From Octopus vulgaris (Eukaryota), in contig OX597822.1 of NCBI GenBank assembly GCA_951406725.2, positions 23,498,001 through 23,562,000 on the forward strand: DNA of 64,000 bases, written 5' to 3'. Position 1 is the stretch's first letter. Every line of letters begins with the position of its first letter. The position numbers and the translations under genes were made by a program. Shown in pieces: positions 28,646 to 40,333 of this stretch. The notes beneath the pieces are model-generated. The model searched no databases. It was given only the letters and a program-made list of their open reading frames with translations, and was not told where the DNA came from.

Positions 28646-28655
28646 CAGACTAGTG

Positions 28656-28726
<71 letters not shown>

Positions 28727-28877
28727 GGTGGTGGTGGTAGTGGTGGTGGTGGTGGTCGTCGTAGTAGTAGTAGTTGAAGTGATGGTGGTGGTAGTGGTAG
28801 TAACATTGGTGGTGGTGGTGGTGGTAGTAGTAGTAGTAGTGGTGGTGGTGGTAGTGGTAGTAGCATTGGTGGTGGCG

Positions 28878-28938
<61 letters not shown>

Positions 28939-29007
28939 CAGCAGCAGCAGCAACAGCAGCAATAGTAGTAGTAGTAGTAGTAGTAGTAGCAGCAGCAACA
29001 GCAGCAA

Positions 29008-29060
<53 letters not shown>

Positions 29061-29575
29061 ATGGTTATAGTAATGTTGCTGTGAATTTCCTTTCCATTTT
29101 TCCTTTTTATTTTCTTTGTCTACTTTTTTCATTTTTTTTTCTATTTTCCTGTTTCTCTCTTTCTCTATCACATGACCCTGCAAATGAACAATTTGCTGTG
29201 CTTATTTTAATGGCTTACCAATGTATACTGTGAGTTTCTCTGCCCTAGGTGTCAGGAAGATACTCGACAAGAAACGGAAAGAGAATTGAAAGAAGATGAT
29301 AGTGGCGATAATAATAACAACAATAATCCTTTCTACTAAAGGCACAAGGCCTGAGATTTTGGGTGAGGGGATTAGTAGATTACATCGACCCCAATGTTTC
29401 ACTGGTACTTAATTTATCGACCCCGAAAGGACGACGGGTATAGTCGACCTCGGCAGAATTTGAACTCAGAAAGTAACGGTGGACGAAATACCGCTAAGCA
29501 TTTTGCCCAGCGTGCTAACGATTCTACCAGTTCACCGCCTTCAATAATAATAATAATAATAATAGTAATAATAAT

Positions 29576-29640
<65 letters not shown>

Positions 29641-29683
29641 CAACAACAACAACAACAACAATCATAAAAAAAAATAATAATGA

Positions 29684-31983
29684 TCAGTCTCGTCATTATA
29701 AATCCCGTTCTGTTTGTTTTTTGTGCGCTTATAACTCGAGTATTGTTCATCTGATCGCGCTGAAATTTTAAAGATGGATACATGAGAGCGCGGAGCGTTC
29801 CGTAATCTAATAAGATTTTCAAAATTGTCAGTTGCAAAATGAGAATCGCTATTTTTGTAATGTTTGCCTGCCCATCACACAATTAAAAAATTATTTTTAA
29901 TTGAAACTACTGTTACGTATCCCGTTGTTCTTACCACTACGTCAGTGAAAATCGAGATAAAATACTTAAAGCAACAGTTGTCAAATACAAAAGCCAAGGC
30001 CCATGTAGTGTCATGGGCTCCCCAAAATTTCTAACTTCTTGCCTAATGCGAGCCCAGAGCAATCTCTTATCTTTTACACTATTTCAGTATTACGTCTCCA
30101 TTGTATTGTGAGATAATACGTTCAGTTTGAAAGAAGTCTGTTCTATAAATATATGTTCCTTATGCATTCCAAAACTGAGTTACCGATTTTGAAGTATAGG
30201 GTATCAAAAGATTCAGTACTATTTCGGCTACAAATTAAGCTTAATTTCCATCCACATATTTGCATTTCAAAAATTTAACATTATAATCTTTTCCATAAAT
30301 CAACTATCGTAAACATTTTATACGATGATGGCGATGACGTCACATTTCCTATATGTGTGTACCTTAAAAGACATTAATCATCACGACACACACCTTTACT
30401 CACTCACTATCACTCTTTCTCTCTCTCTCACACACACGCGCACGCACACACACACACATCCATTTTATATACACGTACATACATCTTTCACTTCCTCATC
30501 TCCTTCACTTTCTTTCTCTGTCCTTTTCGCTTTCTCTTCTTTCAATTTCTGCTCTCTTCGAATAAATTTTTACGGAATGAGCGGGAGAAACACAACATGA
30601 GCCCCCCACAGCAGAATGGTGTGTCAGTGTATGTGTTGACTGACATAACGAACGGCGGGAGGTGAAACTCTTGACAAAAAACAATAAGGTGGCAGGTCCA
30701 AGATATATAAAAATACACGTTTACCGTTCAATTAACAGTTCATAATTATCGCAGCAGTTGCAAGGTTGCAAGGTATTTACAGTTACATATTTACTCTTAA
30801 ATTAACATTTATATTTTTATATCTTAAGAAATTTATCTATAATAATTATTGCGGCATTTACCGTTAAATTAGCAGTTTACATATACATGTGCTTCTATTT
30901 GGTTAATTAATACTGCATACAAAATTAAAAATATACTGCATACATACAACTGTAAAATTTTTTGTTTACAATATTAAAAAATATCCCAAAATTAAAAATG
31001 TCACCAAAGAAAAAAAATGTATCTCTCCTGAAACAAGTATAAAGCAAGGAGGATTGTAGAAAACCCAAGGTGAGAGTCTGAAGAGAGAAGTGAGATGAGA
31101 TTTTCTCAAGATCAGCAAATGCATGTTGCAGCACTTAATGCTGGATCATTAAATCAATGTTTTAATGATTAGACAGAGGTTCAATAGAATAGCTCTCATA
31201 AACAGACTACGTACAAATTCGTTCTTCACAACTCCTGAAGCTGTTTTCAGATATGATCCATCCCATTCTTATAAAAATGGTAACTCTGTCCAAGTTGGTG
31301 TGCTAAACACAAATTGTCTTTTCTGTAGAGCTTTAAAATTTTAGAATGAAACAAATGGTATATGCTACTCAGGCGGTCAGGTAACACTGCGAACACTACC
31401 AGCTCCTTCTCAATCTCTAATGGATCTTCTAGAAAGCACTTCAAACCAGTCAAAGGATTTCTGAACAATATCAGACAATACAACTCTGCATTTCAAATGA
31501 CATCATTTACTGCATCTAAGAAGATAGTTAAACATGAATTTACGCCGACGTCAAAGTTCAGAGGCAAGTCTATCAACTCATTGGTTCCCTGTTACCCACA
31601 AATGAACAATCACAGTTCCTCCAAATTTAGTTTATGAGTGATGTAGGACAACAAACCCGAAGGTGGTGTCAAAAATTTCAGATGATCGATCGTGTTAGAC
31701 ACAGCGCCGACTGCTGCAAAAGAGAGTATATCCACTGACAGCTTTTCGGTACGTTCAAAATTCACATACACCCTCACCCCCAATTTTCCATGACAGGTTA
31801 GGGCCTGAAATACTCCAAACGGATGTATAGTATGTTGCTTAGTCGAATTAGCCCATCATTTACTCCACAAATGTTTTGTCGTCAATGCTGCACTTTCCCT
31901 ATCACCTGTTTCAACATAACTCTAATATATTTTATACAAACTGTGGCATTTTAATCCCAAGTAACGCCGGGTATCTCTGCTAA
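29684..31983 (+). mobile_element. Internally deleted Helitron with Rep N-terminal remnant (about 31225-31690)
   Basis: A|TC 5' end; 3' hairpin CCCAAGTAACGCCGGG then CTAA|T (CTRR); coding relic FLNNIRQYNSAFQMTSF...KVQ.QVY..IGSLLP...FLQI. Confidence 0.75.
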
Positions 31984-32044
31984 TACATGTATTTATACAT
32001 ATAGAAACACACACACATGTATGTATATACATACATACATACAT

Positions 32045-32123
<79 letters not shown>

Positions 32124-32429
32124 TGTATGTATGTATGTATGTATGTATGTATGTATGTATGTATGTCTATGTATGTATGTATGTATGTATGTATGTATGT
32201 ATGTATGTGTCTATTCCCTCTTCGCATCTTCATTTCTCGCTTTAAAAGATAGATGATACATAAAAACTTATTCTATATGGTTGAACTACATAAAAAATCA
32301 CGTCCGAAACTGATTTCCACTTAATTTAATTCTAAAATATTCCTATCAATGTTTTCTGAATTCTGGGAAAAGAAAAGAAATATAAAATTAATTAAATAAA
32401 AAAGCAAAAACTATTTATATATGTGTGCA

Positions 32430-32528
<99 letters not shown>

Positions 32529-32626
32529 ATGTATGTATATATGTATATGTATGTATGTAAATATATATGTATACATACATACATACAAACATACATACAT
32601 ATACATGTGTAGGTCTATTTGAAGCC

Positions 32627-32676
<50 letters not shown>

Positions 32677-32707
32677 TAAGGGTAACGCTATGCTACTTAA
32701 GTAATAA

Positions 32708-32818
<111 letters not shown>

Positions 32819-33095
32819 TTCAAACATTTGTGGAATATATTTCCTTTGAAAAGAAAATTTTGAAATATAAATAAGTATATAAAAATAAATAAAAATATAA
32901 ATGCACTTGGTGTACTCTGAGAATGGACTCGATTTAGTTTCACTTTCGGTTTTTTCTTTATTTACTTATCTATTTATTTATTTATTTTGTATATTTACGT
33001 ATATGTTGACGTTGCTTTTGTGCTTCTTTCTTTCACTGTATAATATCGGTATTATGAAACAACTTTTCTAAAGAGCGTTCCTCTCTCTCTCTCTC

Positions 33096-33139
<44 letters not shown>

Positions 33140-33300
33140 CTTCCGTCTTAATTATTTTCTATTTACCTTCTGTTTATTTCCCTGTTGTACCTGCCTCGTC
33201 TTTATCGGCACACCACCATACAAAGCTTCCGGTCATACCCGAACTACCATCAACCATACTCGCCCCGTCATCACCTATCCTCAAATTCAATCACCATCAT

Positions 33301-33332
<32 letters not shown>

Positions 33333-33354
33333 CCATCATCATCACCATCATCAC

Positions 33355-33422
<68 letters not shown>

Positions 33423-33530
33423 CCATCATCATCACCATCATCACCATCATCATCATCATCGTCATCGTCATCATCATCATCATCATCATCATCATCACCA
33501 TCATCATCACCATCATCATCATCGTCATCG

Positions 33531-33577
<47 letters not shown>

Positions 33578-34574
33578 GTCATCATCAACGTCATCGTGAT
33601 CGTGATCGTGATCGTCATCGTGATCGTCATCATCATCATCATCACCACCTATATATTGAAAATTCAGCAATCGATACCATTACTAAAACCACTGTGACTA
33701 CCACTAACATCTGCACCACTGCTGACATACTGGTTTCAAATTCTGGTGCGAGGCCAGCAATTTCAGAGTTGGTTGAGGGTGGCAAGTCGATTACATTGAT
33801 CGTAGTGTTTCACTGGTACTTAATTTATGGGTCCTGAAAGCATGAAAGGCAAAGTCGACTTCGGCGGAATTTGAACTCAGGACATACGGACGAGATGCCG
33901 CTAAGCATTTGGCTAGACGTGCTAACGAATCTACCAGCTCACCATATATATATATATTCGCCATGATAGATCACTAGCCACTACACACATTTTTCTCTCT
34001 CCTTGTTTCTTTCTGCGTTCCTTTCTCTGAAAGAGCTCGAAACGTTAAAGACTTTTTCAATTCCCGAGCGTTCTACACCACCTGTCTTCGTCTTCTGTTT
34101 TTTTGTGAATTCTCCCTATATATATATCGTTTTTTAGTGTTTTTCGCTCTATATTAACGTATTATTTTCGGATTTAGCACATTTTGAATCAAACTTGCAT
34201 CGTTTCAAGCAAATTCGAGGTCTGTGCAGTTTCAGGAAAAAATATATAAATTTGTTTTCATGACTGTATATAAATCTAGACTGATCCAAATTTCTCTTCT
34301 TTCCGGCTGACGACGGTTATTGCTTGCATTTCCGTGCTTGTAGTGTTTATCTCGACCTGATAGACAGATAAGGGTTCTGCTTTTGCTTTGGGATAAAAAT
34401 AAGAGAAGGATATAATTTAGAATTAAATTAAGCAGAAATAAGTCTCTGATGCAATTTTGATGAAGTTAAACCGCAGGGGATTCGTTTATATTTTGTCTAG
34501 TAAAAATTATTTCATTATTGATGCAACGTAATGTTTTCTCAGTTCAGTTAGTCTACGTATAATATCAAATTATG

Positions 34575-34633
34575 CAGGAATCCACTAGCTTGCACCACAA
34601 ACTTGGTTTATGGTGCAAGCTAATGAATTTCTG
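34575..34633. other. 59-nt near-perfect hairpin in unique sequence
   Basis: CAGGAATCCACTAGCTTGCACCACAAAC-TTG-GTTTATGGTGCAAGCTAATGAATTTCTG; 24/28 Watson-Crick pairs. Confidence 0.7.
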
Positions 34634-34844
34634 TTTTAAGATGAATTCCAGGTGTGTTTTGCGAAATAATTATAGTAATAGCTCTCCGGACAGTTGAAGT
34701 TGTACTGGTTGACTTTAATCTGCAGTAATTATTTTACGCATACATATGCATAGTTGAATTGTATGGAGTTTCATTTGAATATCGACACCCCGTGAAGACT
34801 TTGTTGTAGCTTCAATGTGTGTGTGTGTGTGTGTGTGTATCCTT

Positions 34845-35106
34845 TCTCTTTTATTTGTTTTAGCCATTAGACTGTGGCCAAGCTGGGGCACCGTCTTGTA
34901 GAATTTCAGCCGAATGAATTGACTCCAGTACTTATCTTTTTGTAGAACCTTTTACTGATTCTGTCGGTCTTTTTTTTTTGCGGAACTGCTAAGATACGGG
35001 GACGTAGAAACACCAACGCCGGTTGTCAAGCGATGGCGGGGGAACAAACACAGACACAGACAGACACACACACACGCACAGACAGACAGACAGACAGACA
35101 CGCACC

Positions 35107-35165
<59 letters not shown>

Positions 35166-35320
35166 CGGGGCTCTTTCAGTTTCTGTCTACCAAATCTACT
35201 CACAAGTCTGGTCGGCTGGTGGCTGTAGTAGAAGACACTTGGCCGAGGTGCTACGCAGTGGAATTGAATTTAGAACCATGTGGTTGCGAAGCAAGCTTTT
35301 TACCACACAGCCACGTCTGT
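34845..35320 (-). mobile_element. Bipartite CORE-like SINE with internal (CA)n
   Basis: Same layout as 56140-56545 and 63465-63872. Confidence 0.75.
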
Positions 35321-35634
35321 TAGAAATTTTAAAAATTATTTCCGACTGTCAATGGTTTTGCAGGTAACGAATGTAGCCGGTTCTGGAAACTTGTTGCATT
35401 TGTTCCCAGTTTTCAGAAACACATTTCTGTGAGGTGTCTTGCATCCATTTAGATCAGAAGTAATACAATAAAGTACCTATCATATATTGAGTAGCAGGGA
35501 GTGAATCGACAGTACTCTGCATTCTTAAATTTGTGGTTTCATTCTCATGTTATTAAGATAAAAGAATTTAGAAGACAGAATCAGCAGAGCGGCAGGCAGA
35601 ACATCTTGCTGTATTAAGTTAGGCCTCTTTTAAT

Positions 35635-35785
35635 CAGTGATAAATAAGCTGCGGCCTGCGCAACCTTCTGAATGGCTCGCCTAACGAAAAATTATCATGA
35701 AAATTTTCAGTTGTGAGACACGCCTCATGATGGGCTATGTTCCATGCGACTTGGCCCGCTGCTCGAAAAAGGTTGCCCATCCCTG
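35635..35785. mobile_element. hAT MITE with 8-bp TSD
   Basis: CAGTGAT...GGTTGCCCATCCCTG with GGCC(C) subterminal motifs; flanks CTTTTAAT / CTTTAAAT. Confidence 0.6.
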
Positions 35786-37325
35786 CTTTAAATTCTGAAT
35801 CCAATTCTAAATTAAATTGACAAAACCTTTTACACTTACGTGGTCGATAAAATAAACAAACTTACTGCTTAAAACTTCGCGAAAAACACGCGATGAATGT
35901 ATTTGAGAATTTTCAGAGTTAGTGAAGCAAGTATGTACAGCTTAACTGGATCGGCATAATGCACCGTAAAATACTTGTAGTCTGTGTTGATATCAGAATT
36001 TAATATTTCCATAACAGTCTCAAAAAAGAATCAGCGGTTTGGAAGTTTTATAGCTTTGGTTTGGTTTGTAATGCTTCAAATAAATTTGAATTCTGTGAAA
36101 TATCAAACAGATGTCAACTTCTAATTTTGTTGCAGGAAGTGTATAAAATCTGGATAAATACTAATTTCTTTTATTCATTTCCGGTTGACGACGGTTCTGC
36201 TTATGTTTAGAAGCTGTACATCCTTGCTTCACTCTCTCTGAAAATTCTCAGACATTCATCGTGTTTTTCGCGAGGTTTCTAACAAACACAGAAATAAACG
36301 TATAATTATAAATAACAAGAAAATTGCAGCAAAGCTGTGTGATAATAGTGTTAGACGTGGCATGCAGGCCATCATATAACTTTTTATTCTTCTCTTCCGT
36401 TTTACGAATTCAGTGTGCACATGCACATTGCGAGTTCATACTTCTTTTTCCTTTTCCGACACAAAACTGTTTACAGATCACAACCACCCCACGAACCTGC
36501 GTTCGTGTGGAGCACTTTGCACTCCGGTGGTTGTGAAAAAGCGAAGGACGGAAAAGAAAAAAAAAAATATATGAAAAGAGACTGAAAAACATTCAATCTT
36601 TAAAATATCGTCATTGGTGTCTTTATGAATTCTGTTTGTATGCGTGTGTGTATTTGCATGTGTATACCCGTGTGTGGTGCATGTGTATGTGAATGTGCGC
36701 GTGTGTGTATATGTGTGTGTGCGTATGTGCAAGTGTATGTGTGTGTGTGTATGTATGTGTGTCTGCACTTATCTCTGCGTGAGCATGTAGTGTTTCATTA
36801 CTGTAGATAAGGTTACAGTCAATAAATATTTCAATTTTTACAGTTCAGCTTGATGTTATTACCCATCCTACGGCCAACAGAATCCCTCTCAGTAGAAATT
36901 AATAGAACATAAAAAAAAAGGAACTAGTTTGGATTTTGGAATTATCTTAGAACAAGGCAGTCAGTTCTATAACTGAAATTGCCTCTTTGTAGTCTACAAG
37001 TACTCAATAAATTCATTGAAACGGAGATTGTTGCAGAAAACGTGCAAACCACACTTTAAAATGTTCCAGATTATTCCGTGGATATTCGCAGAGATTTCAT
37101 AACTAGAGAAATCCTTTACTCTGTGGGTGAACTTTCTCTAGTTTTACGATTACCAAATTCCGTACATGCTGCAAGAGATGTCTTCTGGAACTCAGCTGAG
37201 TAAACTACGCGTTTGACTTCTCCAAGAACATTCCTTCTCATAATTTGCTTTCAGAGACTCCTTCAGTTTCAAACCACGTTGTGTCACTGGATATCAACAT
37301 TGGCCAGCAACAGTAGTAATAATAG

Positions 37326-37722
37326 TCCTTTCTACTGAAGGCACAAGGCCTGAAATTGGGGGGGGGGGTCTAGTTGATTACGCCGACCTCAGTACTCAAC
37401 TGGTACTTATTTTATCGAACCTCACAAGATGAAAGGCAAAGTCAACCTCGGCGGAATTTCAACTCAGGATGTAGCGGCAGACGAAATACCTATTTCTTAA
37501 TTACCCACAAGGGGCTAAACACATAGGGGACAAACAAGGACAGACATCGGTATTAAGTCGATTACATCGACCCCAGTGCGTAACTGGTACTTAATTTATC
37601 GACCCCGAAAGGATGAAAGGCAAAGTCGACCTCGGCGGAATTTGAACTCACAACGTAACGCAGACGAAATACCGCTAAGCATTTAGCCCGGCGTGCTAAC
37701 GATTCTGCCAGCTCACTGCCTT
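37326..37722 (-). mobile_element. Two nested or tandem Nin-domain SINEs
   Basis: CTGGTACTTAATTTATCGACCCCGAAAGGATGAAAGGCAAAGTCGACCTCGGCGGAATTTGAAC core twice. Other copies near 14880-15100, 24541-24735, 29326-29540, 33730-33945, 38523-38650, 39740-39885, 45716-45865 and 59440-59660. Confidence 0.85.
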
Positions 37723-37738
37723 AATAATAATAATAATG

Positions 37739-37799
<61 letters not shown>

Positions 37800-37840
37800 T
37801 GATGATGATGATGATGATGATAATAATAATAATAATAATA

Positions 37841-38378
37841 TACCAGGTAGTGCTCTCATGGCTTCTGATCTTAACTGATAAGAAGTGTTATCATGTACAT
37901 TGTTTTGTCTTGGTATACAAGATGGGCTATAGCAAATATTCTGCTCAATACCACAGATTTGCTTGCCAGTTGTTTGACCGTAACCAGTTGAGCATGTCCC
38001 TTAGTGGCTGACGATATGTGCATCTCTGATCATGAGCAAAAATACTGGGGGAGCATCATAGCTATGTGTTGAGAGGAATTCTTTGGGGTTTGGATAATTC
38101 ATCTCTGGAAACATGGGTGTTTTGTTCATCTTCCTTAAACAACCCTTATTAAGGGATCTTTTGAACGGGATGGCCTCCTCGACCAGAAGGATATTCTAAC
38201 TGGGCTCTATTGCAAGATCATTCGCTGTTTATCTTGATATGAGATCACCATGTCGTGCACATATTTGTGATGCATGTGCCTGGTGTACTCTTATCAGACG
38301 GGTAGTCATGATGGGTATACTGGACTTTGTGTATTTTACCCCAGTTTCACTTTGATGGCATGCGCTGCTCTCCCACTC

Positions 38379-38379
<1 letters not shown>
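37841..38379 (+). mobile_element. Non-coding TAA-associated element (family B), about 540 bp
   Basis: Flanked by (TAA)n on both sides; 3' end shared with 27691-27919; no recognisable protein motifs. Confidence 0.65.
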
Positions 38380-38440
<61 letters not shown>

Positions 38441-38749
38441 TAATAATAATAATAATAAAATAATCCTAAGCGTTATAAGTAAGGATAAGAATACAAATAA
38501 CAATAATACTAACATCAACAATGGTTTCAAATTTTGGCACAAGGCCAGCAATTTCGCTAAGTCGATTACATCAGTCCCGAAAGGATGAAAGGCAAAGTCG
38601 ACCTCAGCAGCATTTGAACTCAGAACGTAAAGATGGACGAAATACCGCTAATCAAGAATAATAACAATAATAATAATAACAATGTCTATAATAACAATAA
38701 CGATAGCGCGAATAATAACGGTAACAATAAAATTAATGATGATAACCAC

Positions 38750-39410
38750 AACACCACCAGCACCAGCACCAGCAACAGCACCAACACCACCACCACCGCC
38801 GCCACCACCACCACCACCACCACGACTACCACCGAAACCACCAGCACCAGCACCAGCACCAGCACCACCACCAGCACTACCACCAAAACCACTACCATCA
38901 ACACCACAACCACCACCGCCGCCGCCGCCTCTACCACTGCCGCCTCTACCGCCGCCGCTGTCGCCGCCGCTGTCGCCGCCGCTGTCGCCGCCGCTGTCGC
39001 CGCCGCCGCTGTCGCCGCCGCTGTCGCCGCCGCCGCTGTCGCCGCCGCCGCTGTCGCCGCCGCCGCTGTCGCCGCCGCCGCTGTCGCCGCCGCCGCTGTC
39101 GCCGCCGCCGCTGTCGCCGCCGCCGCTGTCGCCGCCGCCGCTGTCGCCGCCGCTACCGCTGCCGCCGCCGCTACCGCTGCCGCCGCCGCTACCGCTGCCG
39201 CCGCCGCCACCGCTGCCGCCGCCGCCGCCGCTGCCCCCGCCGCTACCGCCGCTGCCGCCGCCGCTACCTCCGCCGCTACCGCCGCCGCTACCGCCGCCGC
39301 TACCGCCGCCGATACCGCTACCACCGCCGCCGCCGCTACCACTACCGCCGCCACCACCACCACCACCACCACCACCAACAACAACAACAACGACGACATC
39401 GACGATGGTG
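38750..39410. repeat. GC-rich (ACC)/(GCC) compound microsatellite with 12-15-bp GCCGCC(GCC)GCTGTC higher-order unit
   Basis: Direct reading; generates the poly-Ala, poly-Pro and poly-Gly ORFs. Confidence 0.9.
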
Positions 39411-39686
39411 ACAACAGCTTCTAATGTTGATGTCGGATTAATTAGAAAAGCGAAATACATAATTATAATAAATATTTTTATTATCATGAAACAATTCTCC
39501 TAAATTACATATCCTCAGGTATGTTTTCAAATGCATGGATGCTTGTGTTTTTTTTTTTTTTTTCATTCAAATAAACATACACGGAATTATCCAGTGTTGT
39601 TTTGACATTTTGCTATTCAGAATTTTGGCTGATAATTATTTTCTATGTTATCATCATCATGATGATCATCATTATTATTATTATTA

Positions 39687-39735
<49 letters not shown>

Positions 39736-39921
39736 GTAAAGCGGTGAACTGGCAGAATCATTAGCACGCTGCATTCATCCTTTTGGGGTCGATAAATTAA
39801 GTACCAGTTGAACACAGGTGGTCGATGTAATCGACTAGCCCCCTTCCCCTCAAATTGCTGCCCTTGTGACAAAATTTGAAAACCATTATTATTGGTAGTA
39901 GTGTTATAGAGCAACAACCAC

Positions 39922-39998
<77 letters not shown>

Positions 39999-40018
39999 TA
40001 TTATTATTATTATTATTA

Positions 40019-40332
<314 letters not shown>

Positions 40333-40333
40333 A

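Noticed and set aside
38633-39503. Four overlapping 240-280-aa ORFs (poly-Ala, extensin-like poly-Pro, poly-Gly)
   Set aside because: Open in several frames on both strands because of the GCC/ACC repeat; flanked by SINE and microsatellite sequence.
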